A DNA stretch of 64,000 nt from positions 1,176 through 65,175 of the forward strand of contig LFRQ01000015.1 of NCBI GenBank assembly GCA_001512835.1, in the 5' to 3' direction. Below are positions 56,005 to 64,000 of the stretch, one piece after another. The number at the start of each line of letters is the position of its first letter. Positions within the stretch are counted from its first letter, which is position 1. A program made the translations under genes and the position numbers. The notes beneath the pieces are model-generated. The model worked only from the letters and a program-made list of their open reading frames with translations, was not told where the DNA came from and searched no databases. The stretch comes from Clostridia bacterium DTU022 (GTDB lineage: Bacteria > Bacillota > Dethiobacteria > DTU022).

Positions 56005-56664
56005 CTATCTCTCGATGTCTTCCTGGGGTGGGAAAGGAGGCCAGATGGGATCAAACTCGGGACATTCTGCCTCCACCTGTGGGCACAAAGGCGGTTCGGG
56101 ACAGAACCCGTAGGCGGGAACGAGCAGCTGAACCTGGGCCACCAGCTTGAAAACCAGCAGCTTTCCGATACAGCAGGTGACCTCCTGGGGTCCGGAGGGG
56201 AAGCACTCCAGGCACTCCAGGAAAACTTCGCACTGCACGAACAGGCCATCTTCCTGAATGCGGGGGCTCATAATCACCGTGGTCTGGTGAAAGACGGGGT
56301 CACTGCAAAACCACTTAACCCCCTCTTGATCGATGTACTCGAACCGGTACCGGAAGAAAAAGGAGACCCGGGCACGGTTGGTTCCCTGAATCTTTTGGCA
56401 GACAAAAGGATGCTTGTCATCCACCACCAACTCAACATTGCGGCAGAAAGCCTCGGTAATCTCGCCCACGGCGATGCCACTCAAATTGGTTACCTCGGTA
56501 TTAACCTGGACCTTGCGGCATGACTCATATACTTTCTCCGTCTTAATGCATACTATCTCCGTTGGGGGCGGGCAACCTAATTCAGGATCACACGGCCCCG
56601 GAAAGATCGCATTGCTGTTCTCCTCGCGGGAACGATACTTGCCGAAGTTATTGCTGCATCCCAT
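56005..56664 (-). CDS. Cysteine-rich hypothetical protein (possible spore-associated)
   Basis: 219 aa with ~20 Cys in an internally repetitive arrangement. No enzymatic motif recognised. Confidence 0.45.
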   Translation of the reverse strand: MGCSNNFGKYRSREENSNAIFPGPCDPELGCPPPTEIVCIKTEKVYESCRKVQVNTEVTNLSGIAVGEITEAFCRNVELVVDDKHPFVCQKIQGTNRARVSFFFRYRFEYIDQEGVKWFCSDPVFHQTTVIMSPRIQEDGLFVQCEVFLECLECFPSGPQEVTCCIGKLLVFKLVAQVQLLVPAYGFCPEPPLCPQVEAECPEFDPIWPPFPPQEDIER

Positions 56665-56918
56665 ATTTATGCAACCCTCCTTTGAATGAATAATTATGGA
56701 GCAGCTTTGGGTAGGGGGAGCGCTGCTTCAATGACATATTATGCATTCCTGGGAGCGATGGTGATTGAGCCCCGGCTTAGAATAATTTTTGTTGCTCCCG
56801 GAGCGCTATTTCGGCAGGGGAGAGTGCTATTTTGCTCCGCTGACTTCTTTTTAAAGGGAGACAGGCATATACATGGTACGTCACCGGGTATATTTTTTTG
56901 AGCAGGCAGGTGAAGAGC

Positions 56919-58469
56919 ATGTCCCTGGTATTCAATGAAGACTCCTTCATGGAGGCTCCCTTTCTCCTGGTGGAGCCGGAAAAGCAGTACTTTTTCTTTC
57001 CCAGCATCGACGGGCAGCTTTTCTGGCAGGCGGGGTCCCGAGGCGAGTGGTCGCCGCCCCAGCCTTTGCCCCGGAGCGGCCCCTTCTGCGCCGCCATAGA
57101 CGGGCTGAACCGGGTCCACCTGGTGATCTGCGAAAACGGCTGCTTCTATCACCTCCAGCCGGGAGAAGGGGCCGGCGAGAAAATCGTTTACGACCACGAA
57201 GAAAAGCAGTGCAGCCACCTGCTGTTAAACGCGGACCAGTTCGGATCCCTGCACCTGATCTACCTGGCCGTCAACCGGCAGGCCGACCGCTGGTGGCTCT
57301 TTCACCACCAGTACCGGCACTCCGCCTGGGAAGAGCCCCGGGTGATCGACTACGGCGCAGGGACAGCCCTCAACTACGGGCACAGCGCCGTCGATAGGAA
57401 CCAGGGCCTCCACCTAATCTATAAAATTGAAGAGGAAGAGAAAAGCTCCCTCCATTACCGCTACTTCAGCGCCACGGCCCAAGCCTGGAGCAACGCCGTC
57501 CCCCTGGCGGCGGAAGGCCGGAATCGCTACCCCTGCATCTTCGTTGATGAAGTGAGGAACATTCACACTCTCTGGTCCTCGGAAAGAGGAGAGCAGCACC
57601 TGGTCTGCTACCGGCAGAAAAAAAGCGGCGGCTGGCCTACGGGAGGCTGGCGGGAAGAAGTGCTCCTCTCTCCCCCTTTAAACCAGGCGCCCTTCCCCTT
57701 TTTCCTTCTTCACCAGGAGGTGCCCCTGCCGGCCTGGTTTTACGAAGAGGCCCTCTGGCTTTGCCGCCAACCCCATTCCCGGGAAAGGCTGGCGGCGGAA
57801 AACAGCGCCGAGTTGCACCTGGCCCGCTGCGGCCTCATCCTGGAGGACCATCCTCCCCGGTCCGGCTGGACCCTGCTTCAGGGCGCTCAACCCGCCCTCT
57901 GGCCGGAAAAGCTGCCCGACCCCCTGCCGGAAGGGGAAGCAGATGCCGAGGCGTGGGAAGACGATTTCCACCGGCTTCATGAACATTCCCGGGTCCTCCT
58001 GGGCCAGGCCTCCCAGTTTAAAGAGGCCAAGACCGTGCTGGAGCAGGCCCTGGAGCAGAAAAAAAGTGAGCTCTTCCGGCTGTCGCGGCAAACAGAGCGA
58101 AAAATGGGGCAACTGCACCGGGACTTGGCGGAAAAAGAGGAAGAACTGCAGCAGCTGCAGCAGAAGTTTGAGGATACCGTCAACAGTTTAAAAGCGAAGA
58201 TGGAGCAGTCCCGGAAAAACTGGGATCACGAGCGCAAGCGCCTGTTGACAGAAATTCAGGAGCTAAAAAACAACCAGCAGAAGCTGCACCAGGCCTGCCA
58301 GAACCGGGAGAAGGATTTAAAGAACCTGGAGAATCGCTGCCGGAAGCTGGAACAGGAGAATCAAAAATTGAGTTCACATAATCTGGTTCTGGCCCGGGAG
58401 CTGGAGGAAGCAAGGAATCTTGGCTTCTGGAAAATTATCGGGAAGGTAATCCAGAAAAAAACAAAATAG
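56919..58469 (+). CDS. Hypothetical protein with C-terminal coiled coil
   Basis: The N-terminal ~330 aa are rich in W/H/Y. The C-terminal ~170 aa form a heptad-rich coiled coil (KEEELQQLQQKFEDTVNSLKAKMEQ...). Start set at ATG 56919 (AGGTGA ribosome binding site). Confidence 0.5.
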   Translation: MSLVFNEDSFMEAPFLLVEPEKQYFFFPSIDGQLFWQAGSRGEWSPPQPLPRSGPFCAAIDGLNRVHLVICENGCFYHLQPGEGAGEKIVYDHEEKQCSHLLLNADQFGSLHLIYLAVNRQADRWWLFHHQYRHSAWEEPRVIDYGAGTALNYGHSAVDRNQGLHLIYKIEEEEKSSLHYRYFSATAQAWSNAVPLAAEGRNRYPCIFVDEVRNIHTLWSSERGEQHLVCYRQKKSGGWPTGGWREEVLLSPPLNQAPFPFFLLHQEVPLPAWFYEEALWLCRQPHSRERLAAENSAELHLARCGLILEDHPPRSGWTLLQGAQPALWPEKLPDPLPEGEADAEAWEDDFHRLHEHSRVLLGQASQFKEAKTVLEQALEQKKSELFRLSRQTERKMGQLHRDLAEKEEELQQLQQKFEDTVNSLKAKMEQSRKNWDHERKRLLTEIQELKNNQQKLHQACQNREKDLKNLENRCRKLEQENQKLSSHNLVLARELEEARNLGFWKIIGKVIQKKTK

Positions 58470-58621
58470 CAAAAAGATTTAACAGTCAGCGGATCCTGGT
58501 GCAATCCCGCCCGCATTTTCCGAAGGCGGCGCTCCCGAAAAGGGAGCGAGGTTGACATAATATTCCCCTCCCCCCTAAACTAGACACAACCATTTGATCA
58601 AGAGGAGGAATAAGGAATATT

Positions 58622-59278
58622 ATGTTTACTATCCGGCGAAAAGTCGCTGCTCTCCTGCTCTTCTGCCTGGTCCTGTTGGTGCTAATCAATCCCGTGGCGG
58701 CGCAAGCCTACATAATACGCAGCTCCGGCAGCGGGACGGCTTACGGGATGGCGCGGAGCACTTCTTCCTCCGCCGGCGTCTCCTGGACCCCGGCCCGGCC
58801 TTCCCTGCCGTCGCCGGCGCCTTCGCCAATCCCCTCAACGCCTTCGACACCGTCCCCGCAGCTGCCCTCCCTGCCCGGAGACTCGGCGGTCCTTAATGCC
58901 CAGGAGCAGTTGCTGCTCCAGCTGGTCAACAACCAGAGAGCCCGGGCGGGAATAGCCCCCCTGCGGGTTGATGCCCGCCTGGTCGCCCTGGCCCGGCTGA
59001 AAAGCCAGGATATGATTGACCGCCGCTATTTTGCCCATGAATCCCCCGTTTACGGGCGTTCAGGGGACATGCTGCGCAGTGCCGGCTACCGGTTTGCCCT
59101 GGCCGCCGAAAACATCGGCATGGGCGGAAGCATCAACTCCATCTTCTCCGCCTTCATGAGCAGCCCCAGCCACCGCAGCAAGATTATGGATCCCCGCTAT
59201 ACCCACACCGGCATTGGGGTAAAATATGATCCCCGCCGGGGCTACCTGGTCAGCCAGCTTTTTGTCCTGCCCCGCTAA
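58622..59278 (+). CDS. Secreted CAP (SCP/PR-1)-domain protein, YkwD-like
   Basis: Signal peptide, a Pro/Ser-rich linker, then the CAP domain (HESP...GENI). Strong AAGAGGAGG ribosome binding site. Confidence 0.75.
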   Translation: MFTIRRKVAALLLFCLVLLVLINPVAAQAYIIRSSGSGTAYGMARSTSSSAGVSWTPARPSLPSPAPSPIPSTPSTPSPQLPSLPGDSAVLNAQEQLLLQLVNNQRARAGIAPLRVDARLVALARLKSQDMIDRRYFAHESPVYGRSGDMLRSAGYRFALAAENIGMGGSINSIFSAFMSSPSHRSKIMDPRYTHTGIGVKYDPRRGYLVSQLFVLPR

Positions 59279-59428
59279 GGGGTGCACGGCAAAAGTTTCG
59301 TCAACCCACAAGAGTTTCTGCGACAAAAAGGCCGTCCCAGATCCATGGGACGGCCTTTTTCCCACCGGCGTCCGGGCGGCCTGCACCTTTTCCCCCCCTG
59401 CAACATAAATTAATGGCAGGTGATCTAG

Positions 59429-60415
59429 GTGCAGGTCCTTATGCTCGACCGGTTTTCCTACGCCAGCCGGTTAAACCACGTCTTCAGCTTGGCCGAGGAG
59501 CTCAAGTGGCAGGGGATCCCCACGGCGGTAGTGGTTACCGACTGCCCTCCCCGGGACCGGGCCATCCTGCAGCGCTGCTACCAGCGCCGGGTCCCCTTTT
59601 ATACCAACCTGACCCAGGAGGGCATTCTGGATATCGCCCGCAGAAGCCAGGCCAGCCTGGTGCATGTCCATTCCCTGCACCTGCTCTCCCTGGCTCATAA
59701 AATAGCCCGGCAGCTGCAAATTCCCTACGGGATTACGGTCCACGAAAAAGCTTCCTACAACCAGTACCTGCCCCTCTTCCAGCAGGCGGACTTTATCATC
59801 ACCCCCGCCCCCTCCCTCTGGTCTCTTTTAAACGTCAACAACCTGACCGCCGTCTATTTGCCGGAAGGGGTAAACCTGGAGGAATTTCAGCCCCCTCCCG
59901 TCAAGGGGGAACTGAAAGCCGCCTATATCGCCGAAAAGGACGGCTACACCAGGTCCGGGTACCAGGCTCTGCTGAAAGCGGCGGCCATGGCCGACCTCCA
60001 CCTGGAGGTGGTCTGCCCGGAAAAAATCGTCCCCCTGCGCGGCCAGTACCGCGGCTGGCTCCCCCTGAACGCCGAAATCCTGCGGGAAACCCAGATGGTG
60101 ATCGGCCAGGGAAGGTCCATCATTGAGGGGATGGCCTGCGGCAATGCCGCCCTCCTGCTGGGATACAGCTACCGGGGCCTAATCCAGCCCAGCCAGTACG
60201 CCGCCCTGGACACCCTGGACCTGGTGGGCAGCGAATATCCCGATACCTGCTACCGGAACATATTTTATGACCTGGCCCGCCTGCTAAAAGACCCCGACTT
60301 CCTGGCCTCCCTGCAGGCCTGGGGCCGCCGCTACGTCCTGGAAAACCACGATCTGCACTTGATCGCCGAGCGCACCGCGCAGATCTACAAGAAATCCCTC
60401 TCCACAAAAAAATAA
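59429..60415 (+). CDS. Glycosyltransferase-like protein (GT4-like fold)
   Basis: 328 aa. Weak GT-B C-terminal pattern (EGMACGNA). Start uncertain between GTG 59429 and ATG 59441. Confidence 0.5.
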   Translation: MQVLMLDRFSYASRLNHVFSLAEELKWQGIPTAVVVTDCPPRDRAILQRCYQRRVPFYTNLTQEGILDIARRSQASLVHVHSLHLLSLAHKIARQLQIPYGITVHEKASYNQYLPLFQQADFIITPAPSLWSLLNVNNLTAVYLPEGVNLEEFQPPPVKGELKAAYIAEKDGYTRSGYQALLKAAAMADLHLEVVCPEKIVPLRGQYRGWLPLNAEILRETQMVIGQGRSIIEGMACGNAALLLGYSYRGLIQPSQYAALDTLDLVGSEYPDTCYRNIFYDLARLLKDPDFLASLQAWGRRYVLENHDLHLIAERTAQIYKKSLSTKK

Positions 60416-60484
60416 ACAAGTTCCCGAGCAAGATACCTATATTCTGAATTTTCAATCAAGTTGACAAAGTTGACGTGCCAGGCA

Positions 60485-61705
60485 CTACTCGTAGATTTTT
60501 TCTTCGCTGCGGTGGGCTTCGGGGGCGTCTTCTTCTATGTCCCGGGCGCGGGAGCCCCGGGCCAGTTCCTGGTAGTACTCGTGCTGGATGATCAGATCCA
60601 TGATTTCGTTGGTTCCCGTCCAGATCATGATCAGGCGGACATCCCGCAGCATCTTTTCGATGGGGTAGATGTTGGTGTAGCCGATCCCGCCCATTATCTG
60701 CATGGCGTTGTTCACCACCGCCCAGGCGTTCTCCGTAGCCACTTTTTTGGCCTCGGAGACCAGGCGCCGGGTTTTCCCCGGGGGATCGCCGCTATCCACG
60801 GAACGGGCCGCCAGGTAGACCAGGCCCCGGGCCGCGTCCAAGCGGGTGATGCTGTCCGCCACCTTGAAGCTTACCGCCTGGAAATTCTTGATCTCCCGCC
60901 CAAAGGCCTTGCGGCGGGTGCTGTAGCGGGCGGCCACCTCCAAGGCGGCCCGGCCCATCCCCACCGCTCCGGCGGCGCTGGTCATTCGCTCGGGGATCAT
61001 CATCTGGTAGAAGATTTCGCCCCCCTGGTTCTCCCGGCCGAGCAAGTTTTCGGCGGGAACCCGGGCATTTTCAAAAACCAGGCGGCCGGTCCCCCCGCCC
61101 CGGGTGCCCATGAGGCCGTAAATATACTCCACCTTCACCCCCGGGCCCCGGTCGACGATAAAGGCGCTGATGGACTTGTGGGGAGGCCCCTCGGGGTTGG
61201 TGCGGGCGTAAACCATAAAGTAGTCGGCCCCTTCGCTGCCGACCACAAAGCGCTTCTGCCCGTTTAAGATGTAGTAATCCCCCTCCCGCCGGGCGCTAGT
61301 GGTCGCCCCGAAAAAATCGGAGCCGCCCCGGGGCTCGGTCAAGGCTTCGGCGGTGGTGAGGCGCCCCTGGATGGTGGGCTTCAGGTATTTTTCTTTAAGA
61401 TACTCGGAACCGAACTTGTTGATGGCTTCCCCGACAATGCTGACCAGGGAGTAGAGGCAGCCCAGGGAGGTGCCCAGGATGCCCACCTCTTCCAGGGCGA
61501 TGATTTCCGAGGTCCAGGGGAGGCCTCTTCCGCCGTACTTCTTGGGAAAGCGCAGGCCCAGGAGCCCGCGAGCCGCCGCCCGCTCCAGGAACTGGCGGGG
61601 GTAGCGGACCTTGTCTTCGTCCATATCCCGCAGGAGCTGCTTGTCCACGTCTTCCCGGACAAAAGCCTGGACCTCTTCTCGAAGAGCCCGCTCCTCCGCA
61701 CTCAT
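60485..61705 (-). CDS. Acyl-CoA dehydrogenase
   Basis: ACAD motifs ([18 protein letters not shown]). Start trimmed to MSAEERAL. Confidence 0.8.
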   Translation of the reverse strand: MSAEERALREEVQAFVREDVDKQLLRDMDEDKVRYPRQFLERAAARGLLGLRFPKKYGGRGLPWTSEIIALEEVGILGTSLGCLYSLVSIVGEAINKFGSEYLKEKYLKPTIQGRLTTAEALTEPRGGSDFFGATTSARREGDYYILNGQKRFVVGSEGADYFMVYARTNPEGPPHKSISAFIVDRGPGVKVEYIYGLMGTRGGGTGRLVFENARVPAENLLGRENQGGEIFYQMMIPERMTSAAGAVGMGRAALEVAARYSTRRKAFGREIKNFQAVSFKVADSITRLDAARGLVYLAARSVDSGDPPGKTRRLVSEAKKVATENAWAVVNNAMQIMGGIGYTNIYPIEKMLRDVRLIMIWTGTNEIMDLIIQHEYYQELARGSRARDIEEDAPEAHRSEEKIYE

Positions 61706-61865
61706 CACGCAATCCAGCATCGGCTTTCCTCCTTCTCAGAAATTTGGATCAATTGAGGCAATTCATTCCTTGCCCCATTATATTACCGGGAGCCGGAAAG
61801 CGTCAAGAAAAGCCAAAGGGCTGCTCGCCGGCCGGGAAGCGCCAGAGCCATAAAGCGCCAAAGGT

Positions 61866-62576
61866 TCAGGGGACCTCTTGGAATTCCACGGAAAAGAGGG
61901 AGGCTTCCAGCACGGGGTTCAACTGGATCACTTCAAAAGTGGTCAACTGGGTCAAAGTGCCGTTAAGATCGTAAACCTCCACCCGGACGGGCAGCAGGCG
62001 CTTCGATTCTACCCAGATCAGCTCCTTTACCCGGTGGCGGTGGGGCTGGTCCGGGATCACCTCCAGGATATAGTAGCGGTGGCGGGAGCCCTCCTGCTCC
62101 TGGAGGAGCTGCACTTCAGCGGCGCCGGTGACGGAGTGCCAGTACTCTTCCAACATCTTGTAGGGGAGCTGCTCCCGCCCCAGTTCGTGAACGGGCAGGA
62201 AATCGCCCAGCTCGGGGTCAAAGTAGTAATCCTTCCCCTGGTTGTGGATCATCACCTGCAGCGCCGCCTGCCGGTCCCCCTTCAGGCGGATCATTTCGCA
62301 GCGATACTGCTTGGGAGGACAGCCCCAGATCTCCAGCAGGTACGAGGGCTGCTCCTCCAGGTAAAGCAGGGTCGTCTTGAACTTGACGTAGTAGCTGTCC
62401 AGGTCCTCCAGGCTTTGGGCGATCCCCTTCTGGACGGCCTGGGGGAAGGAGGGGCTCAGGTGCCGGGCAAAAATATGCCAGCCCCCCCAGCCCAAAAGCC
62501 CCAGTCCCAGGAACACCAGGGGGACCAGGATCAGCCCCCTGCGAAAGGGGACGGCGTAGAAAATGCGGCGTTTCAA
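61866..62576 (-). CDS. Membrane-anchored hypothetical protein (LolA-like/DUF4367-like)
   Basis: N-terminal TM helix. No catalytic motif. Confidence 0.45.
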   Translation of the reverse strand: MKRRIFYAVPFRRGLILVPLVFLGLGLLGWGGWHIFARHLSPSFPQAVQKGIAQSLEDLDSYYVKFKTTLLYLEEQPSYLLEIWGCPPKQYRCEMIRLKGDRQAALQVMIHNQGKDYYFDPELGDFLPVHELGREQLPYKMLEEYWHSVTGAAEVQLLQEQEGSRHRYYILEVIPDQPHRHRVKELIWVESKRLLPVRVEVYDLNGTLTQLTTFEVIQLNPVLEASLFSVEFQEVP

Positions 62577-62609
62577 AGCAACCCCTCCTTGCTTCCGGCC
62601 TGAAGCCGG

Positions 62610-64000
62610 TTAAGCCGGACGCAGGCCGCGGTTAAAAGGACCCCACTGGCAGGCCGGGGGCTCCTGCAGAAGGCGGAAGGCGGCTCCAAACTGGTTGAGA
62701 AAATCTCCGGCCATGTACCCCCGCCCCGAAGGAAGCAGGTCGCCGGCCAGGCCGTGCAGGAAGACCCCGGCCAGGGCGGCCTCCCAGGAAGGCATCCCCT
62801 GGGCAATCAAGGAGGCGATCAGCCCCGTGAGCAGGTCGCCGGTGCCGGCGGTGGCCAGGTTGGGGCCTCCCGTGGGATTGACCTGCAGCCGTCCGTCGGG
62901 AGCGGCCACCACGGTCCGGGCCCCCTTGAGCACCATAATGCAGTTCCAGTCTTCGGCGCATCTCCGGGCCGTCTCCAGGCGGGACCCTTGAATCTCTTCC
63001 ACCGCCGCCCCCAGCATGTGGGCGAGTTCTCCCGGGTGAGGGGTAATTACCGGCGGCTTCTGGGCCCGGCGCAGCACCGCGGGGTCTCCGGCCAGGGCCC
63101 TCAAGGCCCCGGCATCGAAAACCAGGGGGAGGGGGCACTGTTCCAGCAAGGTCTTGATCAGGGCGGCGGTTTCCGGCGCCGGGGGGATTCCCGGCCCCAT
63201 GGCCAGGACCCGAACCTGCCGCGCCTTCTCCAGGATCTCCCCGGCGGCGCTGGGCCCCAGCACTCCGGGACTCTCCTCGGGAAGGGGAAAGCTGATTACC
63301 TCCCGCAGCTTCCCTTCCAGCAGCGGCTGCCCGGAGGCCGCCGTCCCCACGTAGACCAGGCCGGCGCCGCCCCGCAGGGCCGCCTCTCCTGCCAGCACCG
63401 CCGCACCGCTCAATCCGGGCGAACCGGCTACCAGCAAGACCCGCCCCATGCTCCCCTTATGCCCGTCCAGGGGCCGCTCCGGGAGCATCCGGCGCACCTT
63501 CTCCGCGGTAATGACCTCCGTTTTCTCCGCGGTGGCCAGCTCCGGCGGGAAATGAATGTCGCCGACGATTACCTCCCCCGCCGCCTCCGCTCCGGGGTAA
63601 AGCAGCAAGCCCCGCTTGGGATAGGCCATGGTTACCGTCCAGCGGGCCTTTACCGCCTCTCCCAGGAGAGCGCCGGTGTCGGCGCAGACCCCCGAGGGAA
63701 TATCCACGGCCAGGACCGGAACCCCGCTCTCGTTGACCGCCCGGACGATTCCGGCGGCCAGTCCCTCCAGGGGGCGCTGCAAGCCCACTCCCAGCAGGGC
63801 ATCCACCACCAGGTCGGCGGAACGGAGCTCCCGGGAGAGCCAGTCCAAGTCCTTCTCTTCCATTATATGCCGCAACGGGAAGCCGGTATTCCTCAAATAG
63901 CGGTAATTTTCCGCCGACTCCGGGGGATATTTTTCCGGCCGGGCGAAAACAAGCAGGGAGACCTCCCGCCCCGCCCGCTGCAGCTGCCGGGCGATAACCA
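62610..64000 (-). CDS. nnr: Bifunctional NAD(P)H-hydrate epimerase/ADP-dependent dehydratase; N-terminus lies beyond the window end
   Basis: The C-terminal carbohydrate-kinase-like domain has GHKGSMGRVLLVAGS and GTGDLL. The upstream YjeF_N part continues in frame to position 64000 with no stop (…VIARQLQRAGREVSLLVF…). Confidence 0.8.
   Translation of the reverse strand, partial: VIARQLQRAGREVSLLVFARPEKYPPESAENYRYLRNTGFPLRHIMEEKDLDWLSRELRSADLVVDALLGVGLQRPLEGLAAGIVRAVNESGVPVLAVDIPSGVCADTGALLGEAVKARWTVTMAYPKRGLLLYPGAEAAGEVIVGDIHFPPELATAEKTEVITAEKVRRMLPERPLDGHKGSMGRVLLVAGSPGLSGAAVLAGEAALRGGAGLVYVGTAASGQPLLEGKLREVISFPLPEESPGVLGPSAAGEILEKARQVRVLAMGPGIPPAPETAALIKTLLEQCPLPLVFDAGALRALAGDPAVLRRAQKPPVITPHPGELAHMLGAAVEEIQGSRLETARRCAEDWNCIMVLKGARTVVAAPDGRLQVNPTGGPNLATAGTGDLLTGLIASLIAQGMPSWEAALAGVFLHGLAGDLLPSGRGYMAGDFLNQFGAAFRLLQEPPACQWGPFNRGLRPA

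Overview
High-GC (~60%) chromosomal segment with strong GGAGG-type ribosome binding sites and sporulation-associated genes (Spo0E-like, YheC/D, CAP/YkwD-like, alr-mazEF synteny). This points to a spore-forming anaerobic Firmicute (Clostridia-like); the taxon assignment is an inference. The window is densely coding, and positions 1-45,700 are transcribed almost entirely from the minus strand.

Operons and clusters I can support:
- An aroF-tyrA operon behind a T-box leader with a probable Tyr (UAC) specifier.
- A lysA-asd-lysC operon behind a lysine (L-box) riboswitch.
- An eight-gene redox supercluster: HdrD/GlcF-like Fe-S protein, EtfB, EtfA, HdrA, MvhD, and three Flx-like subunits (FlxC, FlxB, FlxA).
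- A selenocysteine operon (selA-selB ... selD) in which selD itself carries an in-frame UGA (Sec) codon.
- A TetR-associated beta-oxidation-like cluster with four DUF35 Zn-ribbon/OB-fold proteins, four SCP-x-type thiolase-like proteins, an acyl-CoA dehydrogenase, a BKACE enzyme, a MaoC dehydratase and an acyl-CoA ligase.
- SbcCD-like yhaO/yhaN, alr-mazE-mazF, hom, and an NAD(P)H-hydrate repair gene.

Structure not explained by the genes:
- An ~11-copy tandem array of a 21-22 nt unit inside the beta-oxidation-like cluster (45830-46085).
- An AT-rich repeat island with many copies of a ~25-nt motif in both orientations plus a duplicated ~106-nt segment (47330-48005).
- A cluster of GAGAACCGTCCCC direct repeats downstream of panD (10071-10282).
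- Two ORF-free GC-rich gaps of >500 nt (19420-19990 and 34470-34986).

No rRNA, tRNA, CRISPR array or transposase was recognised.
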